Assembly: GCF_964204645.1 (NCBI RefSeq)
Contig: NC_134026.1
Span: 14,852,150-14,916,149 of the forward strand
From: Tubulanus polymorphus
Lineage: Eukaryota > Animalia > Nemertea
Direction: 5' to 3'
DNA: 64,000 bases
Shown here piece by piece: positions 23,375-36,816 of the stretch (the first letter of the stretch is position 1; every line of letters begins with the position of its first letter). Both the position numbers and the translations under genes were made by a program. Under the pieces are notes generated by a model, which searched no databases, had not been told where the DNA came from, and was given only the letters and a program-made list of their open reading frames with translations.

Positions 23375-26300
23375 TTTTTGTCCGTCGTCTGTTCGTCCAT
23401 CTGTAGATGGAATCCATTATTTTGGGAAGTTTTGAAGACGCTTCAATGTAATGTCTTGATATTTTGAAGACGTTTTGGTCAATTACCTTGATCTTTCGTT
23501 TATATTTGAATTCCCCAAGGGCCCTTCAGCATAAGAATAATTGGGTCGCTTGGACTCAAGATGGCTGTTCCGTGACCCTTTTTGTGCCCAATAGTGTGAA
23601 TTTTGGCCCGAATTCTGAGTCCTGTAGCTTCCTACCGGTTTGCCATTTCTCATTGCAATTTGTGATGGGTATTCTTTGGAAAGGGATGTTTTATACCCGA
23701 GATAGGTATTTTTGATCAGCCAATCATGGCGCAATTGGCGGCTATCTAGGTGTCATCAGTACTAATTCTTGGTGGGAACAAGTTTTCATGGGCTTGAATT
23801 CTTGCAAGCCAATATGCTATCACACGGATCGATTACTTGCTTGGGGAGTCGATTACTTTTGTTAGAACCTTTCTTGGGCTCTGATATACACACATTTAAT
23901 GCAGTAACAAAATCTAGGTTCCTTTCGTATATTGGCTATAACGGTTGTCGTTTTCATTGTTTCATGATTTTGTTTAATCGTTTCTGTTATTCCAGTAGCG
24001 CATACCAACGTTGGAATGCGCGGCATAGTGCTGCCGGCAATTCAATTCATTCTTTATTGACACAAATTTCACAATGAAACATTTACTTTCACGTTTTTAA
24101 AAAATTCTTTTAATTTTCTTTTACTTTCATTGGGTGCTTGCGTTAGCAGCCATTTGTAAAATCTCTGTATGAACATTTATTTTTTTCAGTTTAAATATCT
24201 AAAACTTAAAAACCGCTTTTCTGTAAAATAAATTCTGAATTGAATTGAAGAATGGTTCCCTGTCTCTTGAAAGAGCCAGTTTTTCTGTATTATATTGGTA
24301 CCTGTGCATATTTTGTAACCACGATCAATTGCTAATTCATAGATCAATACATCTTCTGTAATTGTGGTCGAGGTCATTAGTCAGTGTTGCCAGACTTCCG
24401 GAATTATCCGGAATTCCAGAAATCAAAACTTAAAAATAAAATTCCGCAAATTTTCTGCCATTCTACTTTGTCTAATAAACAAGTTTATTAGACAAACAGC
24501 TCCGTGTAAGCTCTGAGACATTGCTTTGATGTCATCACCTATTCGTTAGCATAACAAAACAATGAAGGTTACGTTATGGGTCGCAAAACCAATTTTTCTT
24601 TATTACCGAGCGTATGTGTAACCGGCTGGTTGTTGTATCGGCAGGCTGGCTTGGGAACTAGCATTTACACCAGCGGTACAGGATTCCATCCATCAGGAAC
24701 AACAAGGCAGTTAAACCTTATATGTACAATCTTTATTGCGTCCCGGAATGAGAATGATTATCATAGCTTTACATAGTCTTTATATACAGAATCATGAGTA
24801 TAATGTGAGAACTAGGTGTCAGACAAGTTGTAGACATCAGGACTCACAAATAAAACACCTAGTGACATGTTTGAGAGACATTAATTAATTATCGATGAGC
24901 ACTGACTATAGCTAATTATCGTGAAAACATATTGAGTAATGTCACATGTTGATTACGACCTTAGAGCACATATTGACACTATAGTCATGTTATATTATAT
25001 TATTATTATTATTAATATGTAGTAGAGCTATGAAATGTTATGAACTGTTCGATATGACATTGTAGATCTATATGATTACGAAATATGCAAATTATATCAG
25101 GGTGACAGATGCCCCCTTGTCCAATTAAATTTGGTCCTCCAAATTTGCGGAAAACGCAGATGCTATAACTTCATTAAAACTCCTTCCACTGCGAGAACGT
25201 GTAAAATTGAGTTCCACCGTGCGAAAATGTGCAAACGTTGGACAGTAACATCCGGATGCTCAGTCATTCACGAAAGAGTCACATGTTGTCGTTATATACG
25301 GACGATGCAATTATACGTTAACTGTAATTATCTGCAAAGGATCCCCGAATTCTGGCCGGTTCTGCGACGAACAGAAGTAGCGACGTGTTGTGTAGTTATA
25401 GCATCCCGAAGATCAGTTGTTGATGCAAGTTGCAAGTAGTACGCATTTCTCTGTTTTGAAGATCTTTCGATTACTGACTGGAAATAACTTCGTGACGCAA
25501 TGATAGTAACATGCAACATCTGACATCAGAGCAGAGTTCAGGCAATAACACAACACAAATACAGTTACCCTTGTCAACCAAAAGGAAAAAATTATCATCA
25601 TCCAAAATAAGTGGCCAGGTGTAACTGAGATTATATATTTGTTCACATAAAAATTCAACCAATTCATCTTCATGTTTTAGTTATACTAACAAACAAAAAA
25701 TATGAACCTATGAAAATGAAAATTGCCGATTAAACCTTTAGTATAGTCGAAATAGTTTGTTGCGAAAAAAGTATAGATACGCACTGTACTTTAGGTAGAT
25801 GAATTTGACTAATTAACCTTAGACATATCCCCTGAGAAGTGTTCCGTATTCTAATACTTATAGTACGAAATGAAACTAAAATTGATTTATGCTGATTGGA
25901 ACTAGATGCCTAGAAAAAAAGAATTGTGAATCATACTATTTAAACCGGCGATAGCTTTTTTGATCGTACGGTAGTATCTTATATCCAAATTCCTATAATT
26001 TTCTATCATATTCATCTGACCACTAATTCGAGACAAAGAAGCAACTGTATTACCTTCGGCTGACAAAAAGTTACCGTAATGCATTGTACCCACTGAAACA
26101 CCAGCAACGTTCACGATCAGTACGGCTATCTTGTCACAGGTGTAGTTGAATACGATCTTCTCGTGAGGTCAATGTTCCAGTCACAACCAATAGTTTAACA
26201 GCTTCGTCTGTACTTGTGTAAGTCACGAGGACTTAAATTTGGGTTCTCCACCATCTGCAACCGGCTGGTTGTTGTATCGGCAGGCTGGCTGGGGAACTAG

Positions 26301-26986
26301 CATTTACACCAGCGGTACAGGATTCCATCCATCAGGAACAACAAGGCAGTTAAACCTTATATGTACAATCTTTATTGCATCCCGGATGAGAATGATTATC
26401 ATAGCTTTACATAGTCTTTATATACAGAATCATGAGTATAATGTGAGAACTAGGTGTCAGACAAGTTGTAGACATCAGGACTCACAAACAAACACCTGGT
26501 GACATGTTTGAGAGACATTAATTAATTATCGATGAGCACTGACTATAGCTAATTATCGTGAAAACATGTTGAGTAATGTCACATGTTGATTACGACCTTA
26601 AAGCACATATTGACACTATTATATAAAGACTATGTAAACTATCGCTGATAGATGAAAACACAAACTTTTTTTAGATTCATAATTTTTTTCTGAATGCAAT
26701 TTTCTTTCTGAACAAATTGATCCATAGTATTCACAGATATTAACGAAATCGCAGACCAAAACGGCAAGCGGAGAACATGTGTGACAGACAGTTGAAACAT
26801 TTTCTTGCCAATTATTAAGCATTCTGAACCCAAGTGCGCTTTGGGCCATCAGTAGGGGAACGATCTTGAATTTTATTCCTGGAATATTATAGCTAGGTGC
26901 AGGCAACACTGATTGATTTCTTTGTATGTTTACCGAAGGATGTTGAATATTCAAATGGTCAGGTTGCTGTCCCTGGGCCTGTAGTT
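23375..26986 (+). mobile_element. Degraded HINE family 1 copy interrupted by a CAGTGTTGCC-TIR element (24382-26911)
   Basis: family-1 sequence breaks at 24381 and resumes at 26912, ending tccctgggcctgtagtt; TIR cagtgttgcc / ggcaacactg. Confidence 0.65.
24617..26618 (-). mobile_element. Non-autonomous LTR retroelement: 3' LTR 24617-25107, truncated 5' LTR 26256-26618
   Basis: ~365-bp near-identical direct repeat; LTR TGTAAC...GTGACA; minus-strand PBS TGGTGGAGAACC (26242-26253) and purine tract GGACAAGGGGGC (25111-25122). Confidence 0.8.
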
Positions 26987-27131
26987 GTTGTAATGTGTGA
27001 TGTGGGCAATCGATGATCTATTTCCAACTTTTGATTCTTTACTCTCCCTGTTTCAATTTACTCATCAATTCTTTCACTGAGAAGTCTCGCCACCACTGAC
27101 AACCTCTGTAAATTGGCTTTGCTTCTTTCAG

Positions 27132-27214
27132 GGTATTGATCCACTATCTCTGGATATGTTGGCTAAAGAAGGTATCATTGCACTGAGACGGGCAAAACGT
27201 CGAAACATGGAACG
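27132..27214 (+). CDS. CCT6: CCT6 exon ([27 protein letters not shown]-)
   Basis: ctttcag acceptor, gtaaga donor, 83 nt. Confidence 0.98.
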
Positions 27215-28082
27215 GTAAGATCTTCAGCAAATTTTAGCTGTGTTGTTATCTATAACAATGGCTTGGCGCTAAAATAGCAAAATTCCAATAAGCTGCCCTT
27301 TCAGACTGCTGATGAAAATTAACTTTCAAAGGTGCATTTTTAGACTCGAAAGAGTCAGGGATTGTCTGTGCCGAAGTACCAGGAGCGACTAGTATTATTT
27401 GCACCATCAACCGTCAGTACTGCTAGTTAAGTTACTTTAACGCTTTTCTAGTAATCAATAAATGCTCCCTATTGTGCGTACTAATCCCACCGCTTAGGGG
27501 TATGTATGTTTCAATGCAAGAAATTAAAGTTCCAATTGTTACCCATTTTTTTGCTTTGCCGGTTGAAAGAAATACAAATTTTTGGCATTACCTCTATGGA
27601 AAGAGTGTTATTTCCTTTGGTATTAACTAATTTGATTATTGGAAACAATGTTAGAATAGATAAGTGTCGACCGCGTATAAATACATGTAACTACTGTTTT
27701 TTGATAATGACATCATTATGAAGATTATATAGAACACAGTATTGGTTGTTCTGCCATGTGAAGCATCTAAGTTGAACATGCTTATACACTGCGCCAAGAT
27801 TTCAGCATTATTGCTAATACATCCCAGAATGAATCAAGCTTTTGCTCAAAAGTAAAATGTACTTGATCCTACTGGACCCATGGTCCTTAAGTAAATTTTT
27901 TTCTGCTTCACTTGAACATATCATATGTTACTGCAGATTTTCCTCAAAATTCTCATCCCCTCTAATCATATCCAATTTCAATCCATACTGGGTCTAACTT
28001 TTGATTGAGCTTTTATATTTCGAGTCTCAGGAGCTTAAGTCTTCTAGTACCGGTATCTATTTGGAAAATAGATTAATGTCGG

Positions 28083-28394
28083 CAAAGCTGCCAACTGTTC
28101 GGATTTTTTTTTTCGGTGTGAAAGTACGGCATTCTGTTTTAAAAAAACGGTAATCATTTTTATGGCAAATTGCATCGTTCTTTCTTAAATCTCTCATACT
28201 TGTCTACTTATTCTCTACTTATAAAAATTTTCTTCGACGTAATTTACCCTTGCACAGATTTTTTAGACCTCAATACTGATAGATTTTCAAACGTCTTCTG
28301 GTTTGAAAGTTTGGGAGTACTGGAAAATTTTTGAAAATACCGATTAACTTGGACATGTGTTCAGCAAAAAATTAAATCTAGGTTGGCAGCTCTG
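28083..28394. mobile_element. CA...TG MITE, 6-bp TSD TGTCGG
   Basis: caaagctgccaac / gttggcagctctg with tgtcgg on both flanks. Confidence 0.85.
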
Positions 28395-28567
28395 TGTCGG
28401 AATAAAAACTTTAAAGAATTGGGGAAATAGCAAACAACTTAAGAATTATTGAAGTAGCAGAATTCTGAGTAAAATCCTAAGTGATCTTTAAAAAACCATA
28501 TCTCCTATGTGTGCAATGGAGGAATCTTGAAATCAGTTTGACTGAAATAGATGAATTTTCCTTTCAG

Positions 28568-28664
28568 TTTAACTCTTGCTTGTGGTGGTATGGCTATGAA
28601 TTCAATTGATGAACTTCAAGAAGAATGTCTTGGACATGCTGGTCTTGTATATGAATATGTACTT
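28568..28664 (+). CDS. CCT6: CCT6 exon ([32 protein letters not shown])
   Basis: ctttcag acceptor, gtaagt donor, 97 nt. Confidence 0.98.
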
Positions 28665-28967
28665 GTAAGTACTACAACCCCAAGTATATCGGTTGAATTA
28701 CTGCTCCAGTTGCCCGGACGCATTAAATGTGAGGTTATTAGCATTAGTTATCGTATGACGTCATGCCAATGCTAGTAAAATGGATCAGAAGTCCTTGTCG
28801 AAATAAAAATTGCGGCAATTCTCATTTTCATCGTAAATTCAAATTGAAACTGGTCACATTAAACATTAGACACAGTCGAAAATAACTCAAAATAATGTTT
28901 CGATTATTCTTTACGAGATGTCGTCACCAGATATAAGTAGAGGTCAACTTTTAGGCCTTCAAATTCA

Positions 28968-31746
28968 TTTTTTAGCCCACTTGGGACTTTAGTCCCAGCG
29001 GGCTATTGCGTTCAATTTTCGTCCGCCGTCCGTCCGTCCGTCCGTAGACGGAATCCAGTTATTTTGGAGACGTTTGAAGTTTTGAAGACGCTTCAAGGTA
29101 ATGTCTTGATATTTGGGTTACACATGTATCTACCCTAGACACATTTTCAGCCCAAAAACTGGCCCTGTCAGGTTCAAGATGGCCGACTGGCAGCCATTGT
29201 TGTTCGCCAAAATCACTTTTTACACATTTTTAGGCCAGCCGTAGGCTGAGCCTATTACTATACAAATGGAGCAAATTTAAATGACATGGTTTCCACACAA
29301 AAGGCTCTTTTGCTTGCCAAGTGAGGGCATATTCGGGCATATTCGAACTGATTGGCCCATTTACTGGGAAATTGCACAGAAGCCTAATGTGGTTTGTTAC
29401 AAGCGCTGTGATTGGCCCGACCCGATTCTGGCACGGCTTTAGCTTAGTGGGTTCGAATCCCTTGACGGGTGAAGATGATGGATCCTATCAATATCTATTG
29501 AAACAAATAAGTTTCCCCCGTTGGGCAGCCGCGGATATCTACCGGAAGTGTTCCGGTTCGATATTTCGAGGTTTCTTTGAATTTTGGAGTGATATTGAAA
29601 TTCAGTAAATACCGGCGGTAGATTGTGAAAACCCATTGCATGATATTTATTATAACTTAATCAACGAAAACCGTCGGGGGGCCGTGCCAGGAGTTTTCGC
29701 GATTCAAGTAGCGCAATAGCCTACTTCTTCGTGTTCGTCCACCTCAATTTTCACTCCGCCGATCTGTGATTGCACGATTCGTACCACCAAAATTTTTTAT
29801 TTCTGAGGTCTGGAGAATAAAAAAGTCAAAATTTGGATATCGCATAGGCCTGATTTCATCGAATAAGTCGACCATGGTCGTTACGTTTCCGTACTAATTA
29901 CCACCTAAAACGGTCTGAACAATTTTGTCTCAACCAACATTTCGTTTACAGAAATCAGGTGTTCACGTGAACCCGCGGTATCGTCTACTGTTTTACTTCC
30001 GGGTTTTATTTTAAGATGTAAAAATCGTATTTCAAGATCAATTTCTATGAAATCTTTAGTTGATTTGGTGTTTGGGAGGAATTTTTATTTGATCTAGGCC
30101 TACAGAAAATTCATCCTTGACAATTGCGCAAGGTTCGCGAAAAAATAGCTTTTCCCAAATCGCGTGTATGACCTTGATATGCTAATTGGCCATGTGCTCG
30201 AATTGCAAATTCAATCAAATTTTATTCTGCCAAAAAAATGTTTAATCCAATTCGCTTTCCGAGAGTTAATGGTATGCTGCATGGAAAAAAGTTGTTTTGA
30301 GATGGGTCTTGAAGCTATTGAGGTCGAGAGATAACCATCTAGATAGTTCGTGAGGGTTCCAAAGTTTTGAAGACGCTTTAAGGTAATGTCTTGATATTTA
30401 GTTTATACGTGTATCTACCCTAGACACATCTTCAGACCAAAAACTGGCCCTGTCAGATTCAAGATGGCCGACTGGCAGCCATTGTTGTTCCCCAAAATCA
30501 GCACTTTTTACACCTTTTTGAAGTTTTTGAGGGAAATTTTGAAGACACTTTTATCAATAACCTTGATCATTCGTATATATTTGTATCCCCCAAGGGCCCA
30601 TCTGCATGAGAAAAAATTGGGTCGATTGGACTCAGGATGGCCGTCCGTGACCTTTTTTGTTCCCAAAAATGTCAATTTTGGCCTGAGTCCTGTAGCTTTC
30701 TAATGGTGTGCCATTTTTCATTGCAATTTGTAATGGGTATTCTTTGGAAAGGGATCTTTTATATCCGAGAGGGTATTTTTGACCAGGCAATTATGACGCA
30801 ATTGGCGGCCATCTTGGGGTCATCAGTACTCATTCGCAGGTGGAAAAAAAGTTTTTCCACATCATATTGATACTTAAGCATATTATGCTACCATAATCAA
30901 TTGGAAAGTTGTAGCTCATGACATGTTCTATGATTGAGGTGAGTTTCAAGCTCATTGGTTTTTGTTTATTGGTTTTTGTTTATGGCCACCATGTTAATGG
31001 GGGCGTTGAACATTACAATAACTTAGTATTTCTATATTACATTCGTTCCTGCTGTCTGTGTTAACACACGATTGTACTATGTGAATGATATTGAGCAGGG
31101 AGTGTATATTGATAAATATAACCCACAGATTACATCATTTATAAAAAGCAAATCTGACAGGCTGGCCATTGTGCCCCTTGGGGCTCTTGTTGAACTTTTT
31201 GAGGGAAATTTTGAAGACGCTTTGATCAATTACCTTGATCTTTCGGATATATGTGAATCCCCCCAGGGCCCATCAGCATAACAAAAATTAGGTCAATCGG
31301 ACTCAAGATGGCCGTCCTATGACCTTTTTAGTGCCCAAAAATGTTAATTTTGGCTCGAATTCTGAGTCCTGTAGCTACCTACTGGTTGACCATTTCTCAT
31401 TGCAATTTGTAATGGGTATTCTTTGGAAAGGGATGTTTTATACCTGAGACAGGTATTTTTCATCAGCCAATTATGACGCAATTGGCGGCCATCTTGGTGT
31501 CACCAGTACTCATTCGTATGTAGGAAAAAGTTTTTCCAAATTATATTGATACCTAAGCGTATTTTGTTACCACAATCATTTAGAAAGTTGTAGTTCATAA
31601 CGTGTTCTATGATTGTGGTCAGTTTCAAGGTCATTGGATTTTGTATATGGCCACCAGGGGGCGTTGAATAATGCAATATCTTAGCATTTCTATATTATAT
31701 TCGTACCTATGCATATTTTGTAACCACAATCAATTGGAAAGTTGTC
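28968..31746 (+). mobile_element. Nested HINEs: family 1 host, family 2 insert (29227-31191), inner family 1 fragment (~30360-31050)
   Basis: host consensus tacacattttt|gaactttttgaggg is split exactly by the family-2 element. Confidence 0.8.
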
Positions 31747-32693
31747 ATGACGTCATGCCAATGCTAGTAAAATGGATCGAAAATAGAAGTACGAAAAAAT
31801 AGCGCTGACTCTTCTCATTTTCATGGTAACTTCAAATTGTCACTCCTTTCACGTAAAACATTAGAAACAGCTGAAAATGACTAAAAAAATGTCTCAATTA
31901 TTCCCCACAACATAGCGTCGCCAGATTTCTGATTTAGTGGTCCAAAAAATTATTCGATCGCATTTTTCTCGTTCATTATATGGTAGATGAGAGTTAAACA
32001 ATCGCGTAGCGATATGTCCGCATTGATATTGGCAGTAAAGAATGGGGAACGGCCTCTTCTGAATAGAAAAACATAAAATTATGTACCTCCAGTTTATAAA
32101 TATCACAGTATTTGGATATCACTGTAATTCCAACTATCAGTATCCATGGGATTATTTGGGATTCATTCTCAGCGTCAGAAAACGTATTTCTAGAGCAGTG
32201 GAACGGCAGCTTACTCGTAACTGAAACCCGTATGTGATCGTGCGGGAACGCCTTTACTAAAGTTAAAACCATTTCATGATGACACGAAACATCTAACGGT
32301 AAACGGTAGGCTATATCAACAATAAAGATAGATCATTTTATTCAATTTTACCAGAGTTGTTTATTGGAGGAAAATATCAATGTTAAGTACGCCGAGAACA
32401 ACCATGTTGTATCATCAATCAGTTGACTGACATTGTAAAATTCGATTCGGCTATATTCTAATATAAGTTTTCACTTTAGGACGCCCTACCCGCCTGCTGC
32501 GCACTCATAAGGCGGTAGCACCCTCTTACGCATTCGGCAGAGATTCGCTTTGTAATGCGTGCCGGGAAAAAATACCTATTATTATCTTTTCCATGCTTTA
32601 AACAACAGTGATTGAATTTACGCGTTGTTTGTCGTAAATTGCAATATTGCGATGGTTATTTACCGCTGCTGTAGTTTTTTGGAATTGAATCGA

Positions 32694-32785
32694 GCGGCCT
32701 CGGTAGCTCAGTGAGATAAGGCGTGATGCTGTTGAATCCACTATCAATGCTGAGTGACAAGTGGGTTCGAGTCCTGCTGGCTGCG
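32694..32785 (+). pseudogene. tRNA-like sequence (pseudo-tRNA or SINE head)
   Basis: A-box TAGCTCAGTGAG, B-box GGTTCGAGTCC, terminal pairing gcggcc/ggctgc; anticodon arm irregular. Confidence 0.5.
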
Positions 32786-33099
32786 AACAATGTGCGGGCA
32801 TCACTCCAAAGGTTGTACCGTCGTGAGGTTAAATGAACAATCCAATAGGAATAGTCTTGGGAAACCAAGATCCAAACGACGAACGTAAAGCCAAACAAAC
32901 AAAAAGACAAACAAACAATCATCAGCCGGCATCGCTCTCTGCGACGGTTTGCATGCGCACATGCATCAGAGCTTGGAGCTCTAAGATCAGAGGGTCTTGC
33001 AATTGCATTCAGAAAAATCTGTTTTTGTTTTCATTATTCAGTGGGGCCTAACAGTTCATGCGTAAAAATGGGTTTTTGTATTCAAATCTTGATTGATAT

Positions 33100-33890
33100 A
33101 AATATCTTGGCTGGGACATGATGGAAAACATCAGAATAAACTAGTTTCGTCTTTTTAACAGAATCGCATTAATGAGGTTTAACAGTACAAATAGCCTAGG
33201 CTAAATCGTTCGGCAGAAAATAAATTCATTTTCAGGGATAAAATCGTACTAGACAAATAGACCTTTGGGTCTGTGGTCCTCCCAATCAACATCGTCATAG
33301 AAGATTTGCCATCAGATGTAAAACATTATAACCACTTAATACCACAGTATAATCTACCGATGCTTCAAGTTGTTGATATGTCTCGTATATACATAATTTT
33401 TATGAGAAAGCTTCTGTCAGAAAAGTATGTACATTTTCTTTGACTCCCTCCCAGTACAAAGTTACTTCATTATAGTTGTTTAACCCCCCCTAAAAATATC
33501 TTGGCTGGGACATGTTGGAAAACATCAGAATAAACTAGTTTCGTCTTTTTAACAGAATCGCATTAATGAGGTTTAACAGTACAAATAGCCTAGGCTAAAT
33601 CGTTCGGCAGAAAATAAATTCATTTTCAGGGATAAAATCGTACTAGACAAATAGACCTTTAGGTCTGTGGTCCTCCCAATCAACATCGTCATAGAAGATT
33701 TGCCGGCAGATGTAAAACATTATAACCACTTAATACCACAGTATAATCTACCAATGCTTCAAGTTGTTGATATGTCTCGTATATACATAACTTTTATGAG
33801 AAAGCTTCTGTCAGAAAAGTATGTAAATTTTCTTTGACTCCCTCCCAGTACAAAGTTACTTCATTATAGTTGTTTAACCCCCCCCCCCCC
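33100..33890. repeat. Recent ~394-bp tandem duplication
   Basis: aaatatcttggctgggacatg...gtttaacccccc at 33100 and 33494 with few substitutions. Confidence 0.95.
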
Positions 33891-34869
33891 ATAAACCTAT
33901 GTACTATTAGAACGCTCTCTTATAAAACTGACCACCAAGGCACGCATCCGCAGCCCCCAGAGCCATTCTGAGAGCCTACCGTTGGGCCTCCCTAACCTAC
34001 ATGTGGTATGGAACCATTCTGAAAACCTGCGCAATGGGCCTGTCCCCCTCAAAGAAACAACCGCAATTCACAACTGACGCAGAATTCAGTGTTAGGGAAC
34101 TGTGTTATGTACCGTTAAGATGCTGCGTTGTGTATCCTAAGTCGGTCAGTATCATAGTATTTCTACAGAAGTATAGTACGGTACTTTACTGTTGGATGGC
34201 GAACACATCTTTTTTAACCAAATTTTAGCCTCGGCTTAAAATGAATATTGTGACCACCAATCTGTTTGAAACATGTAACTTGACAACGGGAACAACTGGC
34301 ATTACGCATCGTGTATTAATTTCCCTAAAATGCGTCGCGATAAATACCGTCTGTTCTGCTTTATAGTATAGATATATATAGAAATTCTAAATAGCAGACA
34401 TATAGGTAATCATTAAGATTCAAGATTCTTAATTATTAGGCCTAAGTATAAAATCGCGAGACAGTTGAACTTAGCTTAAGAAGATGAGTAAATACAAATA
34501 AAGTTTTTGAAGAGAAGAGTCGTTTATTTGAAGACGTCCCGAGTCAGAATGATTGAACTTTCTTCTCAGGACACTCAGCTGGCCCATCACCATGGGGCGG
34601 GTCAACAAACAAACAAAACTTGCTGACTGGTCAGAACTTCAAGTTCAACTACTCAAAAAATATAGATTGATTTGTTAATTATACATAGTAACTGTCTAGG
34701 TTACAGGTGCAAATAATGTTGGCTGACTTGTGAGACATATACAATTAATTGAATACTAATTAAAGGGAGCTGGAGACAGTGTGTCCAGTCTGAAAAGTTA
34801 ATAACAAAGACTTAATTCTCTAACAGGTTGACGCCACCGAAACTTGATAGCAATTATTAATTATGTTAA

Positions 34870-35535
34870 CCGGTGGAATAGGTAATAATGCCGGGGGTTA
34901 AAATCACACCATAGGTAAAAATGCCAGTGGTAAAAATGCCAGAAGGAAATATGAGGAAAATTAAGTGAAGAATTGATTAACATTGGACCTGATAATTCTT
35001 ATTTACACTAGGTTTTACGTATTGAATGCACAGTTTAGAACATATTCCGGCCTAATGATAATTAAAAAAAGATTAATGACAAATTTGTAAAATCACAAAT
35101 CTATAAAACTTAAGCAAGAAATTCATTGAAATTATTGCTATTTTTATTTTGAGATAATTGGAAATTAGAAAATTAACACATATTCTTATATAATTGTAAT
35201 CAAAAAGGGAACATAGTCATGATATATAACACATTTCTAAATTAATGAATATTAACAAAAGTACAAATGAATGCACACGGTTTACATATTGAATGCACTG
35301 TTAAGATAAAGCATATTTCTAGTTATAATGATAGGTATGATAATTAGAATCAGGAAGTTTTTGTCGAGTTAGTTTGCTCTAATTCATAATAACATCAAAG
35401 CAACAATTTGATGAATAGTTTTTAAGTTTTGATACGCTTGTTTCTTATAATCATTGAATCAATTTATCCTTCTTGCATTATGTCCTCTGGTATTTTTACC
35501 TCTGACATTTTTACACCCCTGGCATTTTTACCTCA
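34870..35535. mobile_element. TIR element with ggtaaaaatgcc subterminal repeats; a second related copy is split by the Mutator-like insertion and continues at 41182-41850
   Basis: ggtaaaaatgccag... / ...ctggcattttttacc inverted motifs. Confidence 0.55.
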
Positions 35536-36816
35536 GAGGGTAATATAAGAATTTATTAACATTGGACTTGATATTCTTATTTACGAATGTAGGAAAAAAT
35601 GGCCAAGGTATTTGCCTAGAAAAAAATGGCCACGGAAAAAAGGCCAGGGAAAATTTATGAGAAATACTGACAATGTTAATAAAACATTAAGTTTTCAATT
35701 TAATGACCTCATTTATTTTTCATGGGGCTTAAAACAATTAAAATCGGTATAATGAGCTCAGAAATGTGATGGTCGTTAGTATTAAACGGAGTGCTGAATT
35801 CGTGTTGACCGCTATCCTCCGAGTGTGAAATGATTCACGGGCTAAGGTCTGCATTTAGTTGGCTGTTATAACGGCAGCTAAGTGGCAACTGCTTTTGAAG
35901 GCTATTGATGAAGCCTAAATTAGGTAATTTTATGCAGTTTTGGGGATTTTAGCGATGTAGTGTGACGTCATCTTGATCTACTAACGTAAACATCACGAGC
36001 AGAATTGTACAACATTTGCTGTCGAATTTACAAGTAGGCTTTTTATATTTTACTGATACAACATATAAAATTCTCCAATGAGAAACCTACAAAAGAAGAA
36101 ATAGAATTGACGATGATTTTTCATTTGCTGTGCTGAAAATTGCATGGTGATGCACGGCATCGTTTGCAGTATTTACTGCGAGCTGTGATGATAGCACCCT
36201 CGTTTTAATAACATGTGAAGCTCACCAAAATCAACGAAGCAGTTAATCTTTAGATATTCTGTTAATAAAAAAAGATTTGTTAGTAAATATTTGAATTAAA
36301 ATTAATTATCCATATGCTCGGGATTATCTTGAACAAAAAAACGTTTGTATCAATATGCAGATGAATTTTAAACAATTCTAATTCGCATGAAAACACCATA
36401 CATATCGACCAATATTGTGTAGTATATAGTTGACGCTCTATTTAGCAGTGGCTGATTTACTACGTTCCTGTCTACGTGCGGGAATCGTCTTATTGACCTC
36501 AGCGTCTTGTTTGCACTGCTGCTTACCGCTAAGGTTTATGAAGAGATGGTTACGTAGTTGGGAAGCGGCGATCCGTGCCCTCTAAAGCAGCGTGGAGTAA
36601 GCTGCCATGCCGTTAGAATGATACTACAAGGGAATGGTGACTGTCGGCTTCTGTCCGGCGAATTGATACCGCTCACACATACATATTGTCCATGTCGAGC
36701 TGGTGCACTGAAGTGTTAAAATAGATAGACAATTCATGAGAAAGCCGAACTTGATAAACCCGACCACACAGAAAGAATCCTGTTAGTTGTTAAATGTTAT
36801 GAACTTTAACAGTTCA

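Noticed and set aside
29440-29465. B-box GGTTCGAATCC
   Set aside because: No properly spaced A-box or cloverleaf; internal to HINE family 2
34250-34824. Possible solo LTR
   Set aside because: Could not define both TG/CA ends or a TSD
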